From IMG/VR virus record IMGVR_UViG_3300014720_000037, positions 1 to 62,223 of that record: DNA of 62,223 nt. One strand, written 5' to 3'. The position numbers and the translations under genes are program-made. Below the pieces are notes generated by a model. That model searched no databases and was not told the origin of the DNA. It worked only from the letters and a program-made list of their open reading frames with translations. Below, piece by piece: positions 41,798 through 53,281 of the stretch (the first letter of the stretch is position 1; each line of letters begins with the position of its first letter). The DNA is from a virus (Duplodnaviria; Caudoviricetes).

Positions 41798-43645
41798 TTA
41801 CCAACTACTATCACTAGATGATGAAGACGATGACCAGTCACTACTAGAAGATGAGGACCAACTACTATCACTGCTAGAAGAGGATGAATAACCACTACTA
41901 TATCCTCTATTAGAAGAAGATGAGTAGCTGGGTCTTTTATCCTCATTAGTATATGTAATAATAGCAGCATTAAATGAATTGTAATCCTCATTATCAAGGT
42001 GCCTTGTTAGAGTCTGCTTTCTACTACTACTATAGGATGACAGCTTAGCTTTAGCCTCTTTGTACTTCTTAGCATCAACTACAAACTGTTTAACATTGGA
42101 TTTAAGACCTTCTAATGTCTTAGCAGTCTCATAGAATCTATTATCAAGAGGCAATTGTGAGATAGTATTGGTTAAATTATCCCTCTGATTTGTAAGCTTT
42201 GTAGATAGATTAGTAATGCTTAGATCCTTAATAAGTTGATCTCTAAGTTCTTTAGTATTGTTATAGTCCTTATCTTGTTGTTTATAAGAAGTTACAAACA
42301 GTTCTAACTCTTGTTTAATCTTATTAAGAGCATCAATGTCATAGTTATAATCTGTCAAATTACTAGCTTGGCCAGCTAATGAGGAGACATAAGTATTATC
42401 ATCAAAGGAGATAGGATCTGTATAGTATGTATTGTTATTAGTAACAACATATTTATACAAGTCTTTAATAGCTTGTTTAGTTTTAACAAACAAGCTAATC
42501 TTTTCATCTTCTAATGTAATAGTACTATAGAATCTACTATAAACATCCCTTCTAACCTCATATGATTGAGCATCAACAACCTCTTGATATAGTCTATGAA
42601 CAGGAGAGACAGACACATATCTAATACTATTCTCTGGGGCATACAGTTTAGTAGCACCATCTAACAGTTCTTTATATTGTTCAGCCTCATGTTTAAGTTT
42701 ATTTTGTCTATTAATCTCAGCAATAGGATCAGTGCCACTAACAACACTAATATGCTCAAGGAAATTACTAATATAGGATATAGTAGCATCTATATCTCTA
42801 TTAATGTTATCAATAGTAACTACAAAAGAATCCCATGAGGGCTTATTAAACAAAGCCTCCTTAAAAGAGGGCAGTTTAATAGTTAGATACAACTCACTAA
42901 TATTATTAATCGATACTAACAATCTATCACATATAGCCTTAGTCTCACCTGTATAACCATTCAAGTATGTTGATTGTTCAACCAACTTACTATAGTTAGT
43001 GTTGATTGATTCAACTAGATCTTCATACTTGTTATATAGATCTTGTTTATCCTTAAAGTAGTATATAACAGTCTTGTATGATGTGTATATAACAGCTAAC
43101 ATAACTATTATAAACACAATAATAAATAAGCTATTAAAGAAGAAGCTAACACTATTATTAAATGCAATCTTACCTTCAATCTTAGTTCTAATACCCTCAG
43201 CAACTACTGGAATAAAACCTTGTGGATTCTGTGGTAAAAACCTCTTAATATTAGGTCTAACAATGTCACTATCAATCTCTTCTTTAGTGATATATGATCT
43301 AAAATCAGCACCAACATTAGCACTAAATGAGCCCTTACTAGAATCAGTTACAAGCCTATTATAGACAAGAGTTACATAGCTATTACCACTAACATTGCCA
43401 GTGCTAATAAACCTATCATTAATAGTAACTGCCCTCTCATTACTAATGCTGTTTAATGAGTAGAATTGAATGTTTAAACTCTTACTCTTATCACTAACAG
43501 TAGTTAGCTCTTGTTGCAACTTAATATTATCAAAGCCCAACACAGGATCACTCTGAACAACAGCAGGGGCTGCTAATGCAGACTGACCAAACAACAATAG
43601 TGATGATACTGTAGTAATACCAACCAAACTTAACTTTCTAATCAT
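41798..43645 (-). CDS. Secreted/membrane protein (TPM-like N-domain, TM helix, coiled coil, Ser-rich tail)
   Basis: Signal peptide (SALA), TM segment FIIVFIIVMLAVIY and an SSSSDW-repeat tail. Confidence 0.55.
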   Translation of the reverse strand: MIRKLSLVGITTVSSLLLFGQSALAAPAVVQSDPVLGFDNIKLQQELTTVSDKSKSLNIQFYSLNSISNERAVTINDRFISTGNVSGNSYVTLVYNRLVTDSSKGSFSANVGADFRSYITKEEIDSDIVRPNIKRFLPQNPQGFIPVVAEGIRTKIEGKIAFNNSVSFFFNSLFIIVFIIVMLAVIYTSYKTVIYYFKDKQDLYNKYEDLVESINTNYSKLVEQSTYLNGYTGETKAICDRLLVSINNISELYLTIKLPSFKEALFNKPSWDSFVVTIDNINRDIDATISYISNFLEHISVVSGTDPIAEINRQNKLKHEAEQYKELLDGATKLYAPENSIRYVSVSPVHRLYQEVVDAQSYEVRRDVYSRFYSTITLEDEKISLFVKTKQAIKDLYKYVVTNNNTYYTDPISFDDNTYVSSLAGQASNLTDYNYDIDALNKIKQELELFVTSYKQQDKDYNNTKELRDQLIKDLSITNLSTKLTNQRDNLTNTISQLPLDNRFYETAKTLEGLKSNVKQFVVDAKKYKEAKAKLSSYSSSRKQTLTRHLDNEDYNSFNAAIITYTNEDKRPSYSSSSNRGYSSGYSSSSSSDSSWSSSSSSDWSSSSSSSDSSW

Positions 43646-44169
43646 ACTTAATTAACTCCTTATATTAATCCACATCATTTCTATTAATAAGCCAATACCC
43701 TAAATCATCTAATGTAAAAGACTCAGTAAATATTTTATACTTTAAGTCAGTAAAATGACTAATAAGATCTTTTAACTCCCACCATTTATCATTCCAATAA
43801 ATCTTTGAATTGATGTCTCCATTACTAATAGTTCTAAATATAAGGCGGTCTCTACCACCACTATGATCATGCACATGATAATAAATCCATTCTTCCATAT
43901 TAACTCCTTCAATTTAAATACTAATAACAGTTGCTACTGCCATCAACTTACCATTCTCTGTTAGATACAAGTTATCACTAACATTAATAGATAAGCCCTC
44001 AACAAATAACACCTTAAGATGGGCCTTATCTAAACCACCATCAAACACTAATTCAACACTAAAACATTGAATAATAGGATTATTCAAGCTCATTAGACAT
44101 AAATAAGGATAGTCTAATGGAGGTGCTCTTCTTTTAACACCCTCAATCCAACATATACTTACAATCATA

Positions 44170-44346
44170 TTAAATGCCCTTATTCATATCATAGTAGTAA
44201 CAATCATTGTCATCTGCAACCCACCTATCAGATACTGTCTCCACATTTAATAACTCAGTATCAACTTTAAATATGGACAAATCATCTGGCAACTTATTAG
44301 TAATCCAATTACTATCATGCCATAATAATCTGTTATTAGGCATTAA
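44170..44346 (-). pseudogene. Orphan alternative 3' end of gene 45345-45962
   Basis: Encodes LMPNNRLLWHDSNWITNK...DRWVADDNDCYYY...*, paralogous to LMPNNRLIWRDSNWITNK...DRWVSEDNDNFFY. Confidence 0.85.
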
Positions 44347-44394
44347 GTTTTACATTTATGTTATACTATATTTATATAAATAACAATAACATAT

Positions 44395-45303
44395 ATGAAT
44401 AATAATAGCGGTATATATTCTATTACAAGTAAAACAAATGGTAATAGATATATAGGATCTTCTATATCAATAAATAAAAGATGGAATCAACATAAATTCA
44501 ATCTAAGACTCAACAAACATCATTCTTCATACTTACAAAATCATTTTAATAAATATGGTGAAGATGATTTGATATTTGATATCCTTGAAATAATTGAAAA
44601 ACATGATTTATCTACAAAAGAATTTAGAGTCGTTTTATTAGAAAAAGAGCAGCAATACTTAAATGACTGGAAAAATTGCCAGTTTAATGTAAATAAAAAA
44701 GCAGACTCTTCTTTAGGTTCAAAACATATAGATGCCAATTATTATACATTTTGTCCTAATAGACAAAAATATAGAGTTTTTTATAAAGTAAAAACAAAAA
44801 ATCTAATGTTTGGATGTTTTGATACGGAACAAGATGCAAAAAATCAAGTTGATTATATTAAAACATTAACTGAAGATGAGTTAATAGAGCTACACAAATT
44901 AAATTATAAAGGTAAAACATCAGCAGGAGTTAGAAGTAAAAACGGATGTAAAGGATATAGAAAAAAACTTAATAGTTGGGCTGTTGAATTTACAATACAT
45001 TCTAAACGTATCTACTTAGGATCATATAAAACAGAAGAAGAAGCAAAAGAAAAAGCTGAATATTTTAAAACCTTAAAGCCTGAAGAACTGATAAATTTAT
45101 ATGAATTAAACTATAAAAATAAAAGTTTAATAGGAAAAAGAATGAGCAGATGTAAAGGATATAGTAAAAATAAAAATACTTGGAAGGTTAGATTTATAAT
45201 AAAAGGAAAAGAAAAATACTTTGGTAGTTATAAAACAGAAGAAGAAGCTAAGCAAAAAGCAGAAGAAGTTAAAAAAGAATTAGGAGGTTTATTAAGATTT
45301 TAG
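44395..45303 (+). CDS. Free-standing GIY-YIG homing endonuclease with AP2-like repeats
   Basis: GIYSITSKTNGNRYIGSS and GSYKTEEEA twice. Paralogue of 36171-37082. Confidence 0.9.
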   Translation: MNNNSGIYSITSKTNGNRYIGSSISINKRWNQHKFNLRLNKHHSSYLQNHFNKYGEDDLIFDILEIIEKHDLSTKEFRVVLLEKEQQYLNDWKNCQFNVNKKADSSLGSKHIDANYYTFCPNRQKYRVFYKVKTKNLMFGCFDTEQDAKNQVDYIKTLTEDELIELHKLNYKGKTSAGVRSKNGCKGYRKKLNSWAVEFTIHSKRIYLGSYKTEEEAKEKAEYFKTLKPEELINLYELNYKNKSLIGKRMSRCKGYSKNKNTWKVRFIIKGKEKYFGSYKTEEEAKQKAEEVKKELGGLLRF

Positions 45304-45344
45304 TATATACAAGATTAAATAATCTTGTATATACTTTTATTTAA

Positions 45345-45962
45345 CTAATTATTTTCTTTTATCAAATAAAAGAAATTATCATTATCTTCAGATACCCATC
45401 TATCAGTAACATTTTCTACACTTAACAACTCCTCATCTACTTTCCAATTACTAAAATCACTAATATCTTTATTTGTTATCCAATTACTATCTCTCCAAAT
45501 CAAACGATTATTAGGCATAAGATAAATTCTTCCATCATCTCCTTTTAATAAATGACCGCATTTATAATCTGCTGCTTCTTCACTGTAAGGATTATTAAAC
45601 CAATCAATAGTTAAAATATAAGAAGATTCAACAAAAGTTCTATCCTTTAAAATAATTTGACATTTATGATACTTAAGAAAATCATATACTATTACATGAG
45701 CATTTTCACTAAACATGTCCCATAGCTGATGATAATGAAAAGGTATATTATTTCCTACAGGTGGTTTAGAATATACTTCATGTATTGGTACTCTACTTCT
45801 CATAGCCCCATTATCTGTTACTAGATGAAAAGTAAGAATTTTACCACTTATAGATTGAATGGCAAAGCAAATAACATTGTAGAACTCATCCTTATCTAAT
45901 TCATTCTTTGTAAAATAGCTCTTTCTAACTAATGCTCTAAAGTGGGGTATATTGTAATTCAT
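45345..45962 (-). CDS. Conserved hypothetical phage protein, probable homing-endonuclease target
   Basis: QLWDMFS, YILTIDW, KCGH and PNNR. Its 3' end is duplicated beyond the endonuclease gene. Confidence 0.7.
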   Translation of the reverse strand: MNYNIPHFRALVRKSYFTKNELDKDEFYNVICFAIQSISGKILTFHLVTDNGAMRSRVPIHEVYSKPPVGNNIPFHYHQLWDMFSENAHVIVYDFLKYHKCQIILKDRTFVESSYILTIDWFNNPYSEEAADYKCGHLLKGDDGRIYLMPNNRLIWRDSNWITNKDISDFSNWKVDEELLSVENVTDRWVSEDNDNFFYLIKENN

Positions 45963-46006
45963 ATAATAATAAAGAGGTAATGATTATTACCTCTTTATTA
46001 TATATA

Positions 46007-46456
46007 CTATTTTCTACTTAGTATAGTAACTTGTACTTCATCTACACCATCAAATCCAATTGCTTGTGCTGTCCCCTTTGATAGGTCAATACCTCTATTC
46101 TGACTGCTATCATAGTACTCACCTTTAATATGTGGAAAGGGCCCTCTATCATTGACTCTAGCTACTACTGATTTACCCTTATATGTAATCTCTAACATAG
46201 TATTAAATGGTAAATCAGGTGATGCTACAGTCAAATGATTCTCATTAAACACCTCACCATTAGCAGTAAGATTGCCATCAAAGCCAGGGCCATACCAACT
46301 AGCTAATAATACCTGTTTATTACTAGCAACATATTGATTGGCATCTTCTTGTTTAGTAGATGGTAGTAAGTCTTGAATTGATGGTAGCTTATTAGAAACA
46401 ACATCAATTACAACTGGAGCTAGAAGACTAATTAGAATGCTTGTTACAATTGTCAT
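46007..46456 (-). CDS. rlpA: RlpA-like double-psi-beta-barrel lytic transglycosylase
   Basis: ASWYGPGF.G..TANGE, VNDRGPF and IDLS. Confidence 0.9.
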   Translation of the reverse strand: MTIVTSILISLLAPVVIDVVSNKLPSIQDLLPSTKQEDANQYVASNKQVLLASWYGPGFDGNLTANGEVFNENHLTVASPDLPFNTMLEITYKGKSVVARVNDRGPFPHIKGEYYDSSQNRGIDLSKGTAQAIGFDGVDEVQVTILSRK

Positions 46457-47166
46457 TTATACTTGTTGAATTGGTACAGTTGCTATGTTTATACGTTGCT
46501 ATTAGTAATGGTAATAATACTATTACAATAACAACATAAGGCCATAACAGAGCCAAAGAATATCTCCTTATTACTATGAATAACAATGTAATAAGGAGAT
46601 ACATTAATAATAAATATTGAATCATTCTTATAATAATACAACAGACATTATGTATTATCTAGGCAAATACACCTTCTGCTATCAAGGTACTGCCATTAAA
46701 TAGATCAAACATAAGATCAGTTGGATTACCATCAAAGGGCTTCTCAAATAGTAAGTAGGCCTCCTCATATGTGTTAGCAAATGACATAACAACGTTGTCA
46801 TATCTTTTGCTATTCAATAGAACAGTTAGCTTATATTCTTGATCAATATGTAAGTTATTAACAAACAACCTAGTCAGTCTAACAAGATAATCATTAGTAG
46901 TAATGTTGTGCTGCTTAAACAAATCTTTAGCCAACTTATAACTGTCAACGTTAGACATGGCAAAGCCACTAGCGATAATCTTATTAGTAAGATCAATCTT
47001 AGCCAATAATGACCTTGTTAGACACTTAGAACCATCTTGTAATTTATTACAGACTTTCTCTTTATATTGTTGTCTTGGTATAGGATTACCAATGTTAACT
47101 GTTACATAATTAGCTCTAATACCACCTACAAAGAGGGCCCCACATTGAGGACATGTTACATCATTA

Positions 47167-47442
47167 TTACTTGTTGTCATGAGTATGTCTCCAACCTAGT
47201 AGATCTTGTTTAGCCATAAGACTAGCCACATGTTGTTGGGCTAGATACAACTCATGAATAGACAATAATAACTCTTTAGCTTGATCTAAACTTATATTCT
47301 CAATCTGTTGTTTAAAGAGTGATTGTGTGAATCTCTTTTCTAATGGCAATTCCCCTAAAGAAGGGCCACTAGTATATGAATTGATAAGACTATTATCAAT
47401 TGGTTGCAAATCATCATCATCAGGCTCTAACACGTTGGGCAT
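47167..47442 (-). CDS. nblA: Phycobilisome degradation adaptor NblA-like protein
   Basis: LPLEKRF..SLFKQQIENISLDQAKELLLSIHELYLAQ fits the NblA helix-loop-helix consensus. Has an acidic N-terminal extension. Confidence 0.75.
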   Translation of the reverse strand: MPNVLEPDDDDLQPIDNSLINSYTSGPSLGELPLEKRFTQSLFKQQIENISLDQAKELLLSIHELYLAQQHVASLMAKQDLLGWRHTHDNK

Positions 47443-47467
47443 AATACACCTCTAATTTATTTATAAA

Positions 47468-48127
47468 TTACATCTCATAAATAGGATTAAAGTCCCATTT
47501 ATATCTCAAGCATCTAATAACATCTCTAGCATCTTCTGGTGCTGTATGACTAACCTTATGAGTAAAGTTAGCCCTTTCTAAACACTGTTGTAGACTAGGT
47601 AATCTATCATCTACATTCTCATCAAAGAAGAGGATAGCAGGATCTATACATCTATGAATTAACCACTTATCAAGCACCTCTTTAACACCAGGAACAGCAT
47701 CAAGAAAGAGCCTATCAAAACCACTAAAGTTCTTACCAGCAGGCATTATCTTTTTAGTACAATGACTACTAAAGAACTTATCTAATTGAAAGGCTAACTC
47801 ATCTAATGTAATGATATTAGGTATATAGTCTTCTGGTACATATCTACCTTCAATGATGTCAATGATATGCTTATTCATGTTAACAGCATAAGGATCACCA
47901 TCATAGCTATCATGTCTAATATAACAATGATAATATGGCAGCCCTTTAACATAGTCATTAATAGTAGAATAGTTAATTCTATGAAGATGATTGTCTAAGA
48001 CAACAGCCACTTCAATGATCTTATGTTTACTGCTATCTAGACCTAGTGTTTCAATGTCAATAGAAGCATATGTGTATTGTGGTTTAGAAGGTCCCACATG
48101 TTTAACACCACCATTCATCTTAATCAC
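47468..48127 (-). CDS. DEDDh 3'-5' exonuclease
   Basis: DIETLGL, GKNFSGFD and HTAPED. Confidence 0.85.
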   Translation of the reverse strand: MIKMNGGVKHVGPSKPQYTYASIDIETLGLDSSKHKIIEVAVVLDNHLHRINYSTINDYVKGLPYYHCYIRHDSYDGDPYAVNMNKHIIDIIEGRYVPEDYIPNIITLDELAFQLDKFFSSHCTKKIMPAGKNFSGFDRLFLDAVPGVKEVLDKWLIHRCIDPAILFFDENVDDRLPSLQQCLERANFTHKVSHTAPEDARDVIRCLRYKWDFNPIYEM

Positions 48128-48448
48128 AATTCATCCTCGGTCAACTCTACTAACTCTTCAATGTCAATGACATGTGTTGTTTGAGTTGTAAGATTGATAT
48201 AAACACCATGTCCAGACTGATTAGCAACTGGCCCCAAGTATAACAATCTACTATAATCAACCTCATTGTATTGAGTCTGACCTAATATAGAAAGACCTCC
48301 CTCTTGTGTTAGATATGTCCTTCTAAACATAGAGTTATCACTAAATCTAACTAGTGATAAGGGTCTTGGTTCTACATATCCACTAATAGCTCTTTCAATA
48401 GCAACTTGTAACTCCTCATCACTTGGGGGAGTCCAAGACTTACCCTTT

Positions 48449-48778
48449 TTACTCATTATTAATATCCTCGCTAGGTACTTCACCAAACATAAGAGATAAT
48501 AGGAAAGGAGTAATAGATTGACCACTTGCTACACCTTCTTGTGATAACCAACAAGTAGTATATTCATTATATATGTACTCACCACCTTTCCAACCTACAA
48601 AAGAGCTACTCATTGCAGCAGAGCAATCCTCTAACATTTGTTTAACTGTAACACCTACAGTCGATTCAAAGGCTAAATTATTATAATAACCTCTATAAGA
48701 ATGAGGATTATTAAAGCCAATAGGCGGCACCTCATTCTCATCTCTAGTCTTTAGAAAACTAATAATATCTTTTAACAT
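48449..48778 (-). CDS. Conserved hypothetical phage protein
   Basis: PHSYRGYYNNLAFE...GWKGGEY motif. Confidence 0.55.
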   Translation of the reverse strand: MLKDIISFLKTRDENEVPPIGFNNPHSYRGYYNNLAFESTVGVTVKQMLEDCSAAMSSSFVGWKGGEYIYNEYTTCWLSQEGVASGQSITPFLLSLMFGEVPSEDINNE

Positions 48779-49822
48779 ACTTAGTACAAACCAATTGCTG
48801 TAATCATAGCTTTTACAACTGGATACAAGTCAACCAATGACATATCCATCTCATTTAATCCTAGAATTGAGTCAACAAACTCCTCACTATCTTCTTCTGT
48901 GCCAAACAAGTTATTAATAGCAGTTTGCCAGTTATTAGTTATAACACTATATTGATCATCATACTTAGAGTCAGTTGGATCAAATGATGGATTTGTATAA
49001 TCAATAAAAGCCAGCCAAAAGTCCATAAATTGATAGCTAACAGGTGTAACACCATTAACTAGTTCATAAGTTGATAGAAACTGTTTAAGTCTTAACAACT
49101 CAGTAAAGTTAGGATCATTAGATTGTAGTTTCATAGTACTAATAGCATTGGATAGAGCATACTTTCTACCTTCTGCTTTACTAAACCTATCACCATGTTG
49201 AGGACGACTAAAACCACCAACAACAATGTTAGTATCAATGTCCTTAGATCCTTTAACTGTTAAAAGATTACCTTGTCTATCATATAGTGTAATAGAAGTA
49301 CTAGTATTAATCTTTTGTTTAACCTTAGATTTATCTAGATCAATACTGTACTCATCTCTTGCCACTGCTCTTAAAACAGTATTAATAACATATGCTTTAT
49401 TATTCTTAATCTTTGAAAAGTGTTCAACCTCAAAGATAGGCTGTAGTCCAGTCTCAACAATCTCACCTTCAATAAATACTTTACTCATAAATTTAAACTC
49501 CTTTTAATATTAATTCTAATTAAATCTAACAAATACTATCCTATAGACTGTTGAACAAGTCCATTAATAATAAGGTCTCCTTTAACCTTCATATTACTAA
49601 ATGCAGTTTGTTCAACATGTTTAGCATCACCCTCATACTGTTGCTTAACAGCACCATCTTCTGTTGCCTGTTGAAGAAGTAAAACAGAAGAGCCATTTGA
49701 CATCACAACATAATCTCCATTATCAGTAAGACTAATAGTGATGTACTCCTCTAAACTTTTATGAATAGCAATACTGGTTGCCTTATCAATTACAACGGTT
49801 TTAGTATAATTAGCCATACTAT

Positions 49823-50194
49823 TTAAACTCCTTTTAATTTACCTATAACAATATCTAACAAATCAGTAATAACATCCTTATTAGCATCAATCAAGCCTTT
49901 ATCATTAGTACTATCAACCACACTAATAATACTAGTAATTAAGCTAGTGTCTTCTTGGCTCAATCTATTACGTCTAACAAGTTTTTCTTTCCAGTAAACA
50001 TTACTAGGTCTATATAGATCTTTACAATTAATCCTATATAACATGTAGCCCTCCTTATAACTACTAATTAGATCATCATAGAAGTTAGTAAAGAGGGCCC
50101 AGTCATCACACAATAAACCTCTACATTTAATACTGTTATGTATCTTATATAGGGGATGACCAGACAAACCATGAATAGTATTAATCTTCTTCAT
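49823..50194 (-). CDS. Degenerate HNH-endonuclease-derived protein
   Basis: HGLSGHPLY...CDDWALFTNFYDD...RINCKDLYRPSNVYW resembles 59696-60304. Confidence 0.5.
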   Translation of the reverse strand: MKKINTIHGLSGHPLYKIHNSIKCRGLLCDDWALFTNFYDDLISSYKEGYMLYRINCKDLYRPSNVYWKEKLVRRNRLSQEDTSLITSIISVVDSTNDKGLIDANKDVITDLLDIVIGKLKGV

Positions 50195-50468
50195 TATAAG
50201 GAGGCACTAAACTACTAACATACATCTAATGAGTAGGATTATCTAACAAGTCTTTATCTTTTTGTATTAATAGATCCAATAAATACAATAGGCCAGATCA
50301 GAATAATAAGAAAATAACTAAGAAAGAATATAAGATTGCTACCATTAGATATGTCTGAAACAATCACCTTATTATTTTCAATCTCATTTTCTATTGCAAT
50401 ACTAATTTGATCCTTAAAAGTATATACAAATAACAGTCCAAAACTAAAATACAACTCAATATAATTCA

Positions 50469-51296
50469 TTATTTAATACCCTTAATACTATCTAATACAA
50501 CTTGTCTAACAAACCTCTTAGGCAATCTAACATTAGATATACCTTCTAATAATACAATCTTAAACAATGGTGCCATTTGTTCCACTGTAAAGCCTGCCAG
50601 TCCACAACCTATTTCTGTTACTAAGAACTCTAAATGTTTATTATCCTTAGCAAATTGTATGAATCTATTAACACTATCTCTAACAACTTCAATGTCAACA
50701 GATGGTCTGTATGACTTATTTAAATCAGTAGTTATAATGCCATATGTTTGACCCTTATAAGGACTACTAGTATCACCATAGACAGCGCCCCATTTAAGAG
50801 CTAACTTAGCAGCACCAGCACCATGAGTTGCTGTCAAATTAGCACCGTATATGAAGACTTGATTAGATTCTAACTCAGTAACAACATCAGGACAATAGTT
50901 ATACTTAGGAGGGTATAAACTGTATCTAAACTGCCATAAATCCTTACTAATATGCTCTTTTAAGTAGGCCTTAGCAAAGTCTATATCCCAACCTTCAACG
51001 TCACACCATCTTTGTAATAGCATTGGGTTATCAACATAGTAAGAAGGCAGTTTATAACCAACCTTATCATAAATATCATCATTGACGGCAAATACTATAA
51101 TACTATCAACAATGTCACCATTCTTATTAGTTCTATTGAATCTAATAAGTTGGCCATGTTTAAGACCTTGTATAAGACTTATCTCATTGGGATAATATCT
51201 AGTACTAGCAGTCCTAATACCATGCCTAATAGCATCTATTGTGTACATAGACCTATTAGACATGTAGAAGGACATATTAAACATTGGTATGTTCAT
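50469..51296 (-). CDS. ASCH-like N-domain fused to an A1S_2505-type (macrodomain-like) domain
   Basis: GIRTASTR and VEGW; VFIYGAN..HGAGAAK..FLVTEIGCGLAG. Confidence 0.6.
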   Translation of the reverse strand: MNIPMFNMSFYMSNRSMYTIDAIRHGIRTASTRYYPNEISLIQGLKHGQLIRFNRTNKNGDIVDSIIVFAVNDDIYDKVGYKLPSYYVDNPMLLQRWCDVEGWDIDFAKAYLKEHISKDLWQFRYSLYPPKYNYCPDVVTELESNQVFIYGANLTATHGAGAAKLALKWGAVYGDTSSPYKGQTYGIITTDLNKSYRPSVDIEVVRDSVNRFIQFAKDNKHLEFLVTEIGCGLAGFTVEQMAPLFKIVLLEGISNVRLPKRFVRQVVLDSIKGIK

Positions 51297-51523
51297 GAAT
51301 TAATAATCTTATTAATTAGCTCTCTAAACTTTGATTTAATACTGTTAGAACTAGATGAATTATCACTAGAAGGTACCTCTTCTCCCTTCTTAGTAATCTT
51401 ATCATTTTTAATACTATAACCCTTCATACTATTGCCAGGTAATGTAGTAACAACCTCATTACCATCAGCATCTTTTGTTGTTATTCTAATAGACATTTGT
51501 ATTATATCCTTTATTATTCCCAC

Positions 51524-52150
51524 CTAACGTATCTCTAACTCAGCTAACTTTAAAGCACTAATAACACTCTTAAATACATCTTCAAAGGCTAGATTAAACA
51601 CTGGAATGTCATAATCTTTAGCAATTCTAAGAGCTTGACTAGTCCCACCAACCTCTTTACCATCTGGTGTCCAACATAGTATAAAGTCAACAGGACTATT
51701 CAAGTCTAAACCCAACACACAATAAGCATTTCTAGCCATTAACTTCTTACCAAAGTCATTGAGACTATAAGGATTAGGATGATATTTATAAACTGTTTGC
51801 AAGGCTTCATTCCAGTTAGGTAGAATAGTACAATCAATTAAGTCTTGTCTATTACTAGTTCTTTGTTGATGTATGTGTGCTGGCATAAACACTTTATAGT
51901 ATTGAGTACCAGCCATAAAAGCAGTGTCAGCACCCTCAGCACCACCAGTATATAAAACAAACCATTGATGTTCTAACCTCTTTGCTATTCTCCTCATATA
52001 AGTCAACATATAAGGAGGAGTTGATCTAGATCCAATACCACAATATGTTATATGTTTACCACTAACTTCATTGCTATGTATTAGATCTAGTAACAACAAG
52101 TTAAAAGGCGTTTTATCAATGATATTAACTAGAAAAGGTGAATCAGTCAT
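51524..52150 (-). CDS. SLOG/DprA-like Rossmann-fold protein
   Basis: GIGSRSTP, TGGAEGAD, MARN and GGTSQALRIA. Confidence 0.75.
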   Translation of the reverse strand: MTDSPFLVNIIDKTPFNLLLLDLIHSNEVSGKHITYCGIGSRSTPPYMLTYMRRIAKRLEHQWFVLYTGGAEGADTAFMAGTQYYKVFMPAHIHQQRTSNRQDLIDCTILPNWNEALQTVYKYHPNPYSLNDFGKKLMARNAYCVLGLDLNSPVDFILCWTPDGKEVGGTSQALRIAKDYDIPVFNLAFEDVFKSVISALKLAELEIR

Positions 52151-53234
52151 TATAATTTACTTGATTGGTCCAATAAACAATACAGTCTTATCATCAACAA
52201 CATTACATAGTTTGGGCCATTGTAGTACTTGTTTATACTTAGTAGTTAAATGCAAACAAATACTATTAATAGGCCATGTTGAATGTATTAAACCTACCAC
52301 ATTTAACACTATAAACAATGTAGTATTTGGCCATCTAATAACCACTTCATTAATACATTGTTCTATATGTTCTAATACTGGATCTCTAATAAAAGTACTA
52401 GTCATATGCTGTCCAATTCTTAATAATATATTGTAAACAGGCCTCTATATTAGAGTCATTATAGAAGGGATCATACTCAGTATCAACAATAATATCAGCT
52501 AGATGATTATTATAACTAGATAGCATATTAAATAGATGTTGGCCCTGTCTAATATCAGATGGTCTTTCTAATAAAGACTTAATAAAAGAGATAAAGGACT
52601 CACTTGTTTGCATGACTTAACACTGCTATTTTTAAACTCTTATAACTATTACTAGGTAAACTAAAAGCTCTACAAAGTTTTGAACATAGAGTTAGTTTGT
52701 CATCATTGAAAGCACTAATAAACTCAACTCTTTTACTATCTGGATGCTCTGTAATCCAATCAATCGCTTTATTACATAGTGAGTTAACATTAGTAGTTGG
52801 ATACATGCTATTAAACATGAATCTAGTACCCTTATCACTATTATATTTAGGACTAAACTTAGCCCTATATGCCCCCACCGCATGTACTAGCTTAGATGGA
52901 TTCTCATTAGTAACAATAATTACTCTTGCAGTCTCTGTTAAACCATAATAATTATATATGCTAGAAGAATAATCATATATGCGTTGACATTGACCAATAT
53001 AAAGAACAGTGTTTTTACTGTCTAAGAAGATTAGAAGGCCCTCCTTACTAGCAAGATCAGAGCGTCTCAATACAATGTGCCAAGGATTATTAGCTAATAT
53101 CTTAATATCATAGATGTTATTAGCATCATGATGCTGACATAGAAACTTAATAAAATCAAATGATGTCTTTTTAATTCTCTTTGTTGGATCAGATAAACGT
53201 GTCATATTACTCACTACAAATTGTTTATATCTAC

Positions 53235-53281
53235 AATAAATAAAGTAGGTGGCTGTATATTAACCACCTACTTTATTTATT
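53235..53281. terminator. Intrinsic terminator hairpin
   Basis: AATAAATAAAGTAGGTGG / CCACCTACTTTATTTATT. Confidence 0.6.
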
